A DNA stretch of 64,000 nt from Aplysia californica. Lineage: Eukaryota. The stretch is taken from the NCBI RefSeq assembly GCF_000002075.1, contig NW_004797302.1:1825390-1889389 (forward strand), read 5' to 3'. The notes below the pieces were generated by a model. That model searched no databases and had not been told where the DNA came from. It worked only from the letters and a program-made list of their open reading frames with translations. Below, in pieces: positions 11,900-25,410 of the stretch. The first letter of the stretch is position 1, and every line of letters begins with the position of its first letter. The position numbers and the translations under genes were made by a program.

Positions 11900-12510
11900 A
11901 TGTCTTTCACCCTTGGCAGGGTGTAGTCCACATACAAGCTCCTTTCATCCTTCCAAGCTCGTTCCAAGTGAGCTTAATCTCTCTCATGTCCCTTTCCACA
12001 CTGTCATCTCCTCCATGTTTTTCATGGCCTACCCCTACCTCGTGTTCCCTGTGGGTTCCACAGCAGCAACTGTCTTGTGATATTTCTGCTGGGCTTTCTG
12101 AGAGTGCGCCCCATCCATCGCCACTTTCTACTAAGTCCTATTTCAACCTTTTGTCCTGTCTTGTACCACAGCTCTTCATTTCTTATTCTATCCTGCCACT
12201 TAATTTTCAGTATACCTCTCATACATGATCTGTTGATGAAAGTCTGGACTTTATTCAGTACTGCCTTTGTTGTCTTCCAAGTTTCGCAGTCAAAGAGGAG
12301 CATAGACTTGACATTAGAGTTAAAGAGTCAAATCTTGGTGCGCAGTGAGATGGTGCTTGCTTTCCAGACTTTTGATAATTGATTGAATGCTGACGTTGCA
12401 TTGGCTGGCGGTTCTTGCTTTTAAATCTGCCCACGTTCCACCTTTACAATCGATGACACTTCCAAGGTAGGTAGAGGAGTCCACTTCTTCCAGGGGAGTA
12501 TCTTCCACTG
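11900..12510 (-). mobile_element. RTE-clade LINE, 3' part of the RT ORF
   Basis: Frames give LEEVDSSTYLGS..., CETWKTT, IKWQDRIRNEELW, WRWMGRTLR and WNPQGTRGRGRP, typical of an RTE C-terminus. Confidence 0.85.
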
Positions 12511-12779
12511 TCTTTTCCTAAACATAGATTGCACATTATTTGCACCAATTTATTTCCTTTTCCTTTCACAAAGTGAAATCTTACAACTACTTCCACTTTC
12601 TGTAAAAAATTTCTGGTTCCCACACTTTTTGTTGTTGTTGACTCATTTCTAAAAAAGCAACTGTTATCCTGTGGACATTTCTTAAGTGATGTATTCTGTA
12701 GTAGTAGCCAGACATCATCACTCTGAAAAAGCCAAGCCTAATCATACCAAAACTAAGTGCAGCGGAGAGAAATCAGATT

Positions 12780-13330
12780 GTCAGTATGCATTCGTCAGGA
12801 CATAATCTTGGGTGATTATTGCACAACAGTTTAACTGTTTGAAATCAAAGGACAGCAGCTTACTCAGCAAAATCAGTGTACAAAGAACAGCCAATGATCG
12901 CCCAAGATGTGGCAGGCCGAATAAGACAACCAGGCAGGACGATGAAACGTATTGTTGAGCTTTAACTTTTAAACTGTCAATCATTTGCCGCCATCATACA
13001 AACTGTGGCTGATGTTGAAGTTTGCAAAAAAAAGGCTCAAGCAAATAAGCCTTGCAATGCAGTCGCCTGTATACTTGCAGCCCGTTCAAGGGGCACTACT
13101 GAACAACCCGCTACAAGTGGGCGATTGCTCATGATCGAAGGTTCATTCAAGTCCCTGTGGGATACTGTGCTCTTCTCCAATGAGAGCAAATTAAATCTCT
13201 TTTTTATTCCTTTCTGATAGATGCCACCAAATCTGGAGAAGGGACGGTCAGCGATACTAAGACAAGTGTATTCTGCAGACCAATCGCTTTGGTGGAGTGT
13301 CTATCACTGTGCGGGCAGGAATCAGCAAGT
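12780..13330 (+). mobile_element. Tc1 transposase remnant
   Basis: DRPRCGRPNKTTRQDD (GRPR motif) and WDTVLFSNESKLNLF (W..V.FSDES motif), broken frames. Confidence 0.75.
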
Positions 13331-13334
13331 ACCA

Positions 13335-14045
13335 TAGAGTGCACTTCAATAATGTTGTCAAAAAGCACTTCGGTACTTTTATCAAAGTGCACTTCATTTA
13401 TGCTGTCTTTTGTTTGTTTGAGTAAGTGTTTTACGGCACCATCGTCTCAGTTTTGGTCATATGTGTCACGCCGCCGTAGAATTAGGCGCTCCTCAATTTT
13501 TGGGAATGTGTAGTTATTGGTATCGCCTTAAAGCTTATGCATTTGTCTTACTTTCGATGAACGAAATACCCATTTATCTTGAACACAAGTCTAGATATTT
13601 GCGATTGAAGGAGGCGGGGGTCGTTTGGTTTCAGAGGTAAAAACAGCGATAAAATGGTGACCAAAATTTGGTTATTTACATTGCCTGAGAGTCTATGGAA
13701 ACTGGCAATTTACATCTTTTGTGCTATTAATCAACGTTTTTCAGCGAAACCCATACAGAAATGGGTTCTTGAATGGACATAAAAGGAGTAGAGCCAAAAA
13801 ACAAGTTTTCTATAAAAATTGCCTACCCAGGGGAAAAATGCCAATTTCTTCAATGTCATTATTTTGATGAGCGCCTGATTTCACCACGATGCCTCACATA
13901 TATTTATGTTGTTAAAGTGCACTCCACTGTTTATGTGGTACACTTCATTAATATTGCCAGAGTGCACTTTAGTACTGTTGTCAAAGTGCACTTCATTAAT
14001 GTAGACCAAGTACACTACAGTAATGCAGACAGAGTGCACTTAAGT
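13335..14045. repeat. ~22-bp AGTGCACTTCATTAAT minisatellite, split by insertions; resumes at 16050-16110
   Basis: Repeated gtgcactt units at 13339-13400, 13915-14045 and 16050-16110. Confidence 0.7.
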
Positions 14046-14249
14046 AACAACTACTGAATCAGCAGTCTTGAGTGTTGTGAGTTGTGAGCACGCCAACAGG
14101 CAGCTGTTTTATTGAACTACTATTTTGTGGTGTTTCTGACAGTTATAAGCTCTGGATAGTATAAAAAATCATACCACCATGTGTATTAAGATCATGTGAT
14201 TCATTTGGTATAAAGTTTTCTTGAAAGAATGAAAATTACAAGAGATAAT

Positions 14250-16035
14250 TCAACTTTTCTGTATTGGTGGACTGGTACAGTGTTGGTCTACTTGTTTTTC
14301 TCGGTTACTGGAGAAAGAGGAAAGACTTCAAACCGTCCAAAATGATGCTGCACGTTTAGTTTAACAGAAAAGAAAGCGAGACTCTGCTACACTTATTTTA
14401 CGGACACTGTGCTGGCTTCCTCTTGAGAAAAGAATTGTACAAGTCGGTCACTCTATGTCACAAATTTTGAATGAGAATGCACCATCACATTAACCCTTAC
14501 ATTGCCACATTCGACATTTGCCGAATCCGCCGAAGTGCATTCTGGAGAAAGAGGAAAGACTTCAAACCGTCCAAAATGATGCTGCACGTTTAGTTTAACA
14601 GAAAAGAAAGCGAGACTTTGCTACACTTATTTTACGGACACTGTGCTGGCTTCCTCTTGAGAAAAGAATTGTACAAGTCGGTCACTCTATGTCACAAATT
14701 TTGAATGAGAATGCACCATCACATTAACCCTTACACTGCCGAAGTGCATTCTGAGTGCCACATTTGTCGAAATTTTCATAGGCCGAAGAGAATCATGAAT
14801 TAACGAAAGCACGAAGCCTCCAAAGTTGATATGAGGAGTTAACTCCAGTTGGAATATATTTTTCTCGGCGTGGAAGTTGTTCTCGACGTTAGATCAACGA
14901 TTTTTGCGAAGTTCGAAGTGATTTTTGCTGTTTCTTTACATTAGCAACCAGGAAGTTATGGATTCAGATGATGGGAGTAATCTGAATCGTCAGGACTCTG
15001 ATTCTGGCGAAGAATTTGGTGTGGAATCGGATGATTCAAGTGCTAGTTTACACGATGAACCTAATGTCGATAGATCTAGGCCTAGTTCTAGTAGAAAGAG
15101 TGACAACTATCGAGACATCGATGAAAGGGGTGATGCTGGTAATGAAAAAAGAGGGGGCGAGGCAATCCAAATGTTCTTGTTCATCATTGGAACTGGGAGT
15201 ATTCAGAAAATCCTGAAAACAGAAATCCCTTAGATTGGCACTTGCAGTACTACTTCCTACCCTCTAAAGATGCTGAAAATTTCAGTGCTTTATGCTAAAC
15301 GGTTTATAAACGAAAGCAGTTTTCCCACGCCCAGTCATTTTTTTCATTTTTTTTTTACTGAAACGTGGTGGCAATGGGAATTACATAAGCCTTGGCTGGG
15401 CGTGGCAATGTCAATGTGAGGGTTTATCAGATCGTGTTGAAACTGTTCATTCCAACTCGCAGTTTAAGATCATCAGCTGACAAAAAGAAATGTCTTTTAC
15501 CATCTATGAAACTTAGAACAAGGGGTGAAAGGGCATTTGAATATCAATCAAGGCCCCAAGATCTGGGATGCTTAGCCCAGTAGTTTAAGAGAGATCAAAT
15601 CCTTTGATTCATTCAAATGTCAGCTGAAGTCATTTCTGTTTTTTAACTTGGTAAGATGAATATTTAGAGAGATTTTCTTTTGGTCCGAATAGTTGTTACG
15701 CCCCTTGTGTCAGGTGCGGTACCTCATGCCCATTTTAAACAATGTTCAAGTTTCATCTCTTGTTGTGTAAGTTTTTATGATCTTATATTAATACATGTTA
15801 CAGGAGCTGATATGTATTACTGAATTTGTATTTTGTTGTGGACTTATACATGCAAGAGTATTGGCATAGTATTATTTCCTATTTTCAAAGAAAATAATTT
15901 AAAAACTTATAGACAAGTGGCGTGAGAAATGTTTCATTGACATTGTTTTATGTAACTGTTGTATTGTAAAACACTCAGAGCCTGTGTACTTTAATTGGGG
16001 TTGAGCGCTATACAAATGCCATATTTTATTGTATT
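14250..16035 (+). mobile_element. L2/CR1-group LINE 3' end, split by a piggyBac insertion
   Basis: RLQTVQNDAARLV...LRTLCWLP...KRI, then PTRSLRSS...RTRGERAF, and an AGCGCTATACAAAT tail at ~16005. Confidence 0.8.
14728..15422 (+). mobile_element. Non-autonomous piggyBac deletion derivative
   Basis: TTAA-CCCTTACA(C/T)TG left end and CAATGTGAGGG-TTTA right end; internal acidic N-terminus MDSDDGSN...DSDSGEEFGVESDDS. Confidence 0.75.
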
Positions 16036-16113
16036 TACATAACGAAGACCAGTGCACTTCACTAATCTTGTCTAAGTGCACTTCATTAATATTATCAGAC
16101 TGCACTTCATTAC

Positions 16114-16219
16114 GATGTGTCTAAAGGCTTGTACTGATCAAAGCAGAAAAATCTAAAAGAACAGGTTGTTCAGAAAGTAGGGAAAAATCAGGTTTGATCA
16201 GTACAAGCTTTTAGACATC
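16114..16219. mobile_element. 106-bp foldback MITE
   Basis: gatgtgtctaaaggcttgtactgatcaaa pairs with tttgatcagtacaagcttttagacatc. Confidence 0.65.
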
Positions 16220-16587
16220 AATAATAACACATCAGAAAACCTTAATTTTTAATCTTAACATATTAGTTAAAATCCCCCCCCCCCCCCAACCAAACGATAT
16301 GAGGACCGAAAGATGTCGAAGACAAAAACTCTGCACGCTGCATCCACGTAGTAAAAGATACAGACATATTTTTCTCATAACAATGATGAATCTCACAGTG
16401 TGTGAATTAGCATCAACAAAGCAACAGGTGTTGGCTGTGCTCTCAAGTGAGGAGCGGCAAAAGTACACCCCCCCCCCCCCCCTAAAGATATTAAAGATAT
16501 TTTTTAAAAACCTGAAAAGATTATTTTAGTGTCTGGTTTCCTTTCTTAAGAGACACTGAATGAAACTTTAACACTTTGGACAATTAA

Positions 16588-16661
16588 CCCATTTGCTGCC
16601 AGGCCTGTTCCACAATTGTGCTAAACAGTTCTTGACAATCTCAGGCCAGGCAGGGAAGGGG
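16588..16661. mobile_element. 74-bp piggyBac-type mini element
   Basis: TTAA on both sides, CCC...GGG termini and imperfect TIR. Confidence 0.6.
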
Positions 16662-17949
16662 TTAAACCAAAACAGATTCGTGGCCTCCAAAACTTGACAC
16701 AATAATTACATTAGGCAGAATATGAAACAATTTAGGAAAACTTCCAACAACAGCGTTTTGCATTTTTACCAACTTGTCCTTTGGACCGATGCACCCTTAA
16801 ATTCACAACACTAAACCACCTCGGAGGCCATGTTTTCGTTACCCCCCCCCCCCTCCAAAGAAAACCCCAAACAACCCAAGCCCAAACAATACATCCTTCA
16901 TGTAGTTCTGTAAAACTGTATTCTTTGAGATTATTGAATTTTGTCAAAATAGGGTCGTAGTTGTAAGTTGTTTTACGTCCCCATCAACACAATTTAGATC
17001 ATTTAGAAGGCGGGCCCCAGAGAGAGATTTCCCGTCCAGTACAAGAAGATCATCAAGAATATTTGACTAATAGAAAAGGTAGATTCATTTCCACCATACA
17101 AACAAAGCGGTTAAGTGCACCGCATCTGAGGGAAGTAAGAAATTATTTTGTTCACCTCTCAATAAAAAAAAAATCCCCTTTGACAAACTTCCATGTTTAG
17201 AGAACCTCACGGACAATATGTGACATTGACAGCCATGCAAATATGGCAGGAAAGGAATTAACTCACTAACTGCCAGGGATTGAAATCCCAATTGAACCTC
17301 CGACTTGGCATTTCAAGGTTTTTTTTACATCATTCACAGTTGGATAACTAATCAGAAGAGACACTTTTTTCGTATGCTCATTTGAAATATAGACAAAAAT
17401 TAACACGGAATTGCGGGAGCTACAGGTTGAGGAAGTGCGTAAAGCAACCTGAAAGGTACTTAAAAAAACCAACCCAACCCTTTTTAACAGAACTGGGATT
17501 TAAGTATTCTAGATTACTTTTCTGACCATCTGGTAGGCCTTGTTTAATATCAGAACCTGCAGAAATTATCAGTTTTTCCGTTAAATGCTGGATGATATGC
17601 AACATCCACCGAAAATGGCGAAACACTAAGCCAGACCTAAAAAAAATACCTGATGCAACTCACCCCACCAAAAAACAAAACAAAACCCCTCCACGAAAGG
17701 TACACAATTGGATCAAGAGATGCAACTACAGAATTAAACAAGAATTAAATAGTATGCCATCACTTTCCGCAACTGTCGAGATTAAAGGCGGGTCAATAAA
17801 AAGTGTAAAAACAGGGGGCAGGTTCGGCGTATAATGTATCAAGTCTGTACCACAAGTAAGTTTCCCTGCTCTGTAGAATCAACAATTTTTATTTTTGATA
17901 TAAATTTTTTTACATAACTCTCTTTATTTTCTCTAGCCCTATTGTAATG

Positions 17950-19750
17950 ATTGACTCTTAATTTCGTTCAATTTACAATTTAGTTGACTTTCTTTGTCCC
18001 AAAAATATGTCTGTCTCAAAACCAGTACACCATTGGTCAGCAGACTGTCCTCAGGAGACAACAACCCACTTTATCTTCTCCGCGGGAGAGAAAACATCAG
18101 GACCAAAGATGGTGGTTGGTGCCCAAAACATGGGGAACATATGGGGTTTCCACACCATCAACGAGGAGTGTAGGGCTGCTCTTCCAGCCTCTGGGATCAT
18201 CATCAGAGGTAAGCGCATTGATTTGTTGGTGGACAACCCGTTCTCAATGAGAGGGCAAGACAGCAAAGAAATACCACCAACAAACTAACTATTGACAGCG
18301 TGCCAATCAGTTATAGTAACAAGGAAATTTTAAAAAAGCCCAGAGGCCATCGATGTTGTCCCTCGTTCCAGGATTTTAATGGAGTTTTGCTGCTACCTAG
18401 ACGGGAAGCTGACTAACCGGGTAACTAGAAGACGATTTTTGTACATAGATCTCCCGGAAAAACCCCTATCCAGAATGGTTGAAATGGGTCCTTTCAGAGC
18501 TTGTCTCTTTTATAGAGAAATGCCTCGGCACTGGACATTGGGCCAACAACTGCCCAAACCCTGAAAGGTGCCTTGACTGTTGGCAGGAGGGTCACAGGCG
18601 GAGACGAGCAGTGTCCCAATACAAGTAGTGTCTTTGGAGATCTTCGTAATGAGGATGCGAGTCAGTCTGAGAGTGGTGTCCGGCCTATTACTGATAGGGT
18701 AACTGCCAGCGAGGGAGAAGAAATTCAAGTCTCGCTGTATCCACACAAGTATCCGCACAAGTAAATGACGAGGGGCTAGAAAACTCCAGCGTTAATGCTT
18801 CTTCGACTGAAGAGGAGGGCAACGAGGGTACGGGGGACCAGATAAGTAAAAGGCAAAAAAAGACAAACAAGAAAAAAAAAGTAAGAAACTCACAAAACAG
18901 GAGTCTGTACATACACTGATTCGCAAGATTCTTCGACAGAAGAGGAGGGCAGCGAGGTTATGGGGGACTAGATTAGCAAGAGGCAAAAAAGGAGAAAAAA
19001 AAAGAAAAGTAGGAAACCCATGACGGAGCCAATAATTATACGGAATCGCAAGAGTGTTAAATAGAAGAAACCAGAAAGGTGTAGGAGCTTTGAAAGAAAA
19101 GGATGGTAATATATAACATCCGAAAAGACCAACTTACAAGGAAATTAGATGTACGGACGATAGGGGAAGAGGAAGAGGAAACATTACGGAAGTGAAATCA
19201 GCAGAGAGTAATATGTTGCACAAATTCCTCCACAGAGTGAGATCACACAGCCACAAACGAAGGCGTTCTTCGTCCCCGCGCAACGGTGTTCAGCCAGAAA
19301 TCAGCCGCTGCGGACAGAGGGACAGAAGCCACAAAGACCGGAGGAGGCAGTAGAGAGGAGACAGGCTCAACGGACACTTGGGCTTCCACTTGGACAAGGA
19401 TATTTCGACTACTGATATGGCGAGGAATAATAATGGAAAGACAACAAAAAATCAGCTGAAAGTAGCAACTCCTCAAGTACAGGACATCGGAACTACAAGA
19501 AAAGGATAGCGGTCTTTAGGAGCCTAAGAATCGAAAGATTAAGCATAAAAGCATTAAAAGATACATACCTAGTTGACTCATATTTTCAACAGATCAATAG
19601 GCAATGGGGAGGGATTATTCACTATGGTTCAGGTATGAATCACAGCAAGGGTATGTATGTACTCTTTTTAATCCATGGTTCACAGAGCAAGATGTGAAAC
19701 TAATTTTTAAAAGTGAAAGAGTAATAATTTCGCCATTAGTTTCTCATACC
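17950..19750 (+). mobile_element. Degenerate L1/Tx1-clade LINE: ORF1 plus start of the ORF2 endonuclease, 3' truncated
   Basis: ORF1 pieces GIIIRGKRIDLLVDNPF...KLTIDSVPISYSNKEIL and GKLTNRVTRRRFLYI; zinc knuckles GHWANNCPNPERCLDCWQEGHRR (~18535-18605); APE motif QWGGIIHYGSGMNHSKGMYVLF (~19600-19670). Confidence 0.8.
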
Positions 19751-19849
19751 TAAACAAATATGCTTTTGATTCAATACAAAAACTGTTGATCTCAAAGCAC
19801 TTTTAAATCCGAACGAGCCAGTAGCGAAATGCAATGGACATGTCCGTTT

Positions 19850-20481
19850 CGGTCACAAAGTTAATATTTCTTCCTTGTCTTCAAATCCCTGCCCTCTTAG
19901 TACTACTTTGATTTGGGGGAAGAAGTGAAAGTCACATGGAATAAAGGGACATATTGCCCTTGGAAGAATCGAAACACATAATAAAATATGGTTGCATTCG
20001 TGGGATTCAGAACAGAAAAAAAAAATCAGCAAATTTGAGAAAAGTGGCCAGGTCTGCTCGAGCAAGTGGTCGTCTTCCACCATGACAAGATGTTGTGCTC
20101 ACTGCTTGAAAAGTCACCCATCTCCTGGACTCCTGACAGTAGGAAATCCTTGAACATCAAAAGTATTCTCGTGACATAGCACCATTCAACCCTCATTTCT
20201 TCACAAAAAAAAAAAATCAAAGAAGGACCAAGGTGGCAGTGATTTCAGGACAAAAAAGAAATTGTGCTCAAAACAAATTCTCCGCCAAGGACTCTGGCCA
20301 AAACAGACATGGTCACTCCGTTTGGCTACCAACTCCATCAGATGAAAAAGCTCACTTATATCAACGGTTGTTTTGTTAAATAGAAAGCATATTTCTGTAG
20401 GTAGGCACAAAATTTCAGGTCTGTAAAATAAAAAATGTTGATTTTACTGAACAGGGAAACTCACTTCTGGGACGGACCTCG
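19850..20481 (-). mobile_element. mariner transposon remnant
   Basis: TA-CGAGGTCCGTCCCAGAAGT TIR at 20483-20463; C-terminal PCDFHFFPQIKVVLRGQGFEDKEEI (YSPDLAPCDF-region motif). Confidence 0.8.
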
Positions 20482-20787
20482 TATGTGTAGGCTTACTGAC
20501 TCAGTGTCGGTATTGCCAGTCAAAGAGTCACGAGGACCTCGTCAGTTGTGCCTTTAAGCCAACAAACAAAAAGAAAACATTTGTTTGATTTAAAAGTAAA
20601 ACTATCTACACAGTGCCATCAACACTGACAAATCAACATTTTTACACCCCTTCTGCTGGCTGGATGCTGTTGTCATCAATCCAGCATTGTCTGGATGCAC
20701 AATATTATATTAGCAGCTAGTTCACCAGTTTCATACTGCTTTCACTTTGCTGCATCTTCACGATTCAGAAACATCCACACCCCTGGA

Positions 20788-20853
20788 TCAGCTGCGACCT
20801 AATACCTTCTCCAAAATTCGCCTCACAACGGTGTTTTCGAAAGGAACATCAAC
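20788..20853 (-). CDS. LOTUS-3xRRM putative last coding exon: RRM3 beta4, C-terminal helix and stop
   Basis: gctttcag|VDVPFENTVVRRILEKVLGRS*. An internal AAG|GTATTA donor means further exons cannot be excluded. Confidence 0.7.
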   Translation of the reverse strand, partial: VDVPFENTVVRRILEKVLGRS

Positions 20854-22414
20854 CTGAAAGCATAAAAACAAAACAATGCAGATAGAAATATGAACTTAAT
20901 ACTATTAAAAGGATCTCAGGTCAGCATGACAGAAGATTGAAAATACGTGGAATCAAACACTGAAAACTGTATACAGGTGATTAAATAAACTGGGGAAAAG
21001 CAAAATACAAACAGATAGACAGTAAGGAAGTAGGATGAACCAGCTTCATCCTCCGCCCAACTACTGTCACTCCAGCTGCATAAGAAAAAGAGAGACAAAC
21101 TGATGCCGTAAAGAAGTAAGATCAACCAGTGCCATGCTCCAGGCATCCGCTGCCACAAACTATATTGTCTTAAGCTGACAAAACGCCTTTTTTTTTCATT
21201 TCGGCGCCAAAATGTTTTATTTGCTAAATCAAAAGCTTGTTCAGTAACCCTACTTGTGTGAAAAAAATCAAATTGAAACTGTGACTAGTTTTTTAATAAA
21301 TCAGAATTCAAATTTTGGAATGACTATTTTTAAAGGATTACGCTGACAAAAAAACTTTTTCTTGAAACCGCTCTAAAGCCCCGGTTACATGCAACAATAT
21401 ATTGTATCAGAGAGAACTGTCCGTTTTATCGAACTGCGTGGTCTGTTTACACGTTCCAATCTATTGTTCAGTTTTCTATTGATTGAGGAGATTTCTCGTC
21501 ATAAAGCCACCTTGTCTCTTTGTGACGACAGCGATTTGCCTGCTCTCTATGTGAAGGTATTGAGCTCTGGACCTAATGAATGAGAGGCAAACACTACCAC
21601 TAGATCACAAAAGCCCCCCCCCCCCTCCCCTGTACATTTTGACATAGCAGAACAGTGTCTTTAGAAAAGGGTGGCCATACTGTAGGCATACCGTGTGGTG
21701 TGTAGAACCGGAAGCTTTGACTTGACTGCAGATGTGCAACGCACCAAGTGACCTTGATGCACAGCTTCACAAATGACGATCAACTAAATAATAAAAGTGC
21801 TAAAATATACATAATAACGCACCAAATGAGGTTCTTCGCGAGCAACTTCGCTTATTTTGAGATGCTGATTCCGAATATGAAATCAGTTTTTACGTACGAT
21901 AATTATTTTTAAAAATTAAGAGTCCTGAGTTTAATTCTGCGCAGCGGCAAATTTCAAAGTGAATCTACGTCACAGCGCGCCTCCCTCAAAACTGAACGTG
22001 ATCGCACGGAAAATATCAAGCAGCGCTTGATTTCTCGACCGAGTCTTCAAACCATCGTTCAATCGTCCAAATTTTGTACAATTTTGAGGTAACACCTAAC
22101 GATTTATCGTATGATCGCTAGATCGTCCAGTTTTTGTACAATTTATCGGTACGTGTAACCGGGCCATAAAAGAGAAAAAAAAGGCGTTTTGTCAGCTGAC
22201 GGCAGTATAGCGATGGGGAAAGAGAAAGCGAAACAAACACATGGAGAGTGCACACTGCTGACGATAAAGGTCAGAGTAATGCTATTAGTCTCTGGTATCA
22301 GTTTAAAGGGAGTGCACAGATCTCTTTTTTCATAAAACCCCTTTGCAAATAGAGGGCCAAACAGGAAGGAGACTGAAAGAACAGCTACCAGCAGCTCAGA
22401 GACCAAAGTGTTAC

Positions 22415-22508
22415 CTTTATTGGCAGTCCTAGCCCATTGTTCCCATTTAACTCTTTGACTGCCTTGACTACATCATATACCGTCTCTAGGTAGACATAGG
22501 CTTTTGTA
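22415..22508 (-). CDS. LOTUS-3xRRM exon 12: RRM3 RNP1 (KAYVYL) and helix2
   Basis: ttcacag|T ACA AAA...: TKAYVYLETVYDVVKAVKELNGNNGLGLPIK|GTAACA; phases 2/0. Confidence 0.88.
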
Positions 22509-23041
22509 CTGTGAAGGGAAAACAAATACAACTATCAAGTGAAAAAGAAACATGAGTTTTTACATGCACAAAGTCTTCAATTTCAAATACATCGAAAGTA
22601 GTTATAATCAAATGCACTCCAAAAACAATCTTAAAAGAAAAGGAAATAATAATTGTCACCCACCAATCTCAATAACAAGCAAGGGTATTTACCACCACCC
22701 CCCACCCCAACCCAAACTAAAATTCATGACAAGGAAACTTAATTTGAAAGACATAACTAGAATTTTAAAGAGTTTTACAGCACTTGCAACACAAGTTAGT
22801 CAAATAAGGTGCGAAGATTAGGGGTGTTACTAGAGAGTAGCATACGTAGAAAAAGAGGAGTTAAGAACCATAGATCAAAGCACACAAGAGCGCCCACCCA
22901 CATAAATACATTTATTTACATTTCAATCTCATCAACTCTAAGAAGCAGACAAAATGCAGTTATCATTTTAAGTATATACAGTATTGAAAAACAAAAAATG
23001 TGTGGATTGGACAGAACTGGACAAATCCAAGGATCACTCAC

Positions 23042-23118
23042 CATCCGGGTCCACTGCCATTATTAACCATACAGATGTCCACTATGCCGTACGTCTCAAA
23101 CAGTTCCCTCAAAGAGCT
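23042..23118 (-). CDS. LOTUS-3xRRM exon 11: RRM3 helix1-beta2
   Basis: atttcag|SSLRELFETYGIVDICMVNNGSGPG|GTGAGT; phases 0/2. Confidence 0.88.
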
Positions 23119-23258
23119 CTGAAATTGCAGATATCACATTCAAACTTTTAAAATATTAAATGAAAATTAATTTTTTTAGGAAAGGTATGACACCATTGAT
23201 CTGTCACAACAAGAGAAATTCAATCAATTCATTGCAAGGCTTCATCTCCCCCCCCCCT

Positions 23259-23290
<32 letters not shown>

Positions 23291-23856
23291 AACTTATTTG
23301 TGACACGATCATAAAACGCCTAGCTACACGTTTATATTCACAAACTTCTTTTTACCCATGATAGGAAGTTTCACAATTCAGTTGAGCATAATCAACAAAC
23401 AAAATTTATATTGTCTCAGTAAAAACATGCACTTCCAATGTGAAACTGGTGAGAAAAGCAAGACAGACAGAGAGAGACAAAAGAGTAAAGAAATAGGACC
23501 TACCTGTCGTGCCCTCCAACCACTAGCGAAAAGGAGAAGTNNNNNNNNNNNNNNNNNNNNNNNNNNNNNNNNNNNNNNNNNNNNNNNNNNNNNNNNNNNN
23601 NNNNNNNNNNNNNNNNNNNNNNNNNNNNNNNNNNNNNNNNNNNNNNNNNNNNNNNNNNNNNNNNNNNNNNNNNNNNNNNNNNNNNNNNNNNNNNNNNNNN
23701 NNNNNNNNNNNNNNNNNNNNNNNNNNNNNNNNNNNNNNNNNNNNNNNNNNNNNNNNNNNNNNNNNNNNNNNNNNNNNNNNNNNNNNNNNNNNNNNNNNNN
23801 NNNNNNNNNNNNNNNNNNNNNNNNNNNNNNNNNNNNNNNNNNNNNNNNNNNNNNNN

Positions 23857-23989
23857 TGTTTGGAGGAAAAAATCCCACAAAGACACAACAGTCCAGGTCA
23901 AACTCCATCGCTCGACCACTGTAGCTCCCCACAGGCTCCAGGGCAGGCATATTGGAAAAGCCACATTCTGTCCTCGCACCTTTTGCCGC
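23857..23989 (-). CDS. LOTUS-3xRRM exon 10: linker and RRM3 RNP2 (VFVGFFP); 3' end lost in an N gap
   Basis: ttttgtgcag|AAKGARTECGFSNMPALEPVGSYSGRAMEFDLDCCVFVGFFPPN, running into the gap 23541-23856. Confidence 0.8.
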
Positions 23990-25410
23990 CTGCACAAAAA
24001 GAAATGCAATTTTACTCTTGTTTTAAATTCTTTCCTTCATGGAATGAGAAATTTATCATTTGTCTAAAAAACAATTAGAATAATTTAAAATAATTGACAC
24101 CTACGCCACTCCTGGTCACCACTGCGCAGCACCCCATCTTTGAGCTCGGCATACTGTGTCTGGACCAATCAAACACCCCAGTGTCATTGACACGACATAC
24201 TTGGCGTTATTGTGAGCCAAACACAATTCAACACTGAATATAAAAATACTAACATAACCCAACCAACTACCCCCCCCCCCCCCCCCACCAAATTATAATA
24301 GTAACTCAAAACAGATTTCTTTTCTTGGCCAGGAATTCTTTTCTTCATTTGCAGCTCCAAATTTCAAGCATTGGTTATGGTAATGGCAAAAATTGTAAGA
24401 TCGTTTACTTCACTCCTAGTTTTTGTACCTTCTTGTTGAGCCCAATTCTGATCTTGTACCCTCTAAATTAGGGCCACCTATCTGAGACTATCAAACTGCA
24501 GAAGCAACAACCACCCAATCCCCCCCCCCCCCCCCCTTGTGTTTTCTCAACATTATAATGACCCTGTTCAACACAATCCCTTTCCTCCTCAACAATGAGT
24601 GGTTGTTACAAGAGCCTCAACTCACTGGCTACCCATACTGCTTATGACACAGACATAGTACTGTTTCCGCTGACCACCTTTGCCGCAGCCCCTGCAGTTG
24701 TTTTTTTTAGCTCAGAGGTGTTTTTGTCTCGTTATTACATAATTTTTGCGACAAAGGTACTGCTTTTAGAAACTACAACCATTTCTGCACCGAAAGAGCA
24801 GAAAAACGGAAGAAATGCACTTCTGGTGCTGAGCGCGAAGTGCTGCTGTGCATTGGACAATGTTTCCGTGTTTATCACATGAAGGAGAGTTACTAACTGT
24901 AACAAACTGTGATAATTGGATAGACTGTTGCCATCGTTGGTCCTTTTTGTGTTCTCTTTGGGTATGTGCCCCAAACAATAGGAAACAAACATTTTCGTTA
25001 CACATAATTCACATTTGATTTGTTTTCCTGGATCCCAATCTGAGGTCCAACCAAAGTTCTTGTGGTAATTTCCAGCCCTATCTTTGTAGTTTTCTAAAAA
25101 ATTACATGAAAGAAAGAAATCTCATTCTTTTTGTTGCCTTACAATCTTTATTAGGTCCATAATGAGTGTGCAAAGTTTCATGACTTTATGTCAGTTGGTT
25201 TTGTCACTGTGATTGTTTGGAAAACAATGAAATAGCAAGTGTGCAGGGTCCATCAAAGACAAATATGGAGGGTTGACAGCGAGTGAAAATGTGACCAATT
25301 TCAAATGCAATTTACATTCAGAGACACCACATGTTCAGGTGGAACAGCTTCAAAAAGTGAGAAAACTTGCACACAGCACTTTATTGTAAAACTATGCAAC
25401 TCACACTTAC

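Noticed and set aside
17266-17447. Downstream exon candidates (here and at ~8200-8322) that might add a Tudor domain
   Set aside because: No Tudor motifs (WYRA, FVDYG) and weak or incompatible splice context.
24102-24233. Extra exon of the LOTUS-RRM gene (AG acceptor and GTAGGT donor present)
   Set aside because: No frame is open with the required 0/0 phases; exons 9 and 10 join in frame without it.
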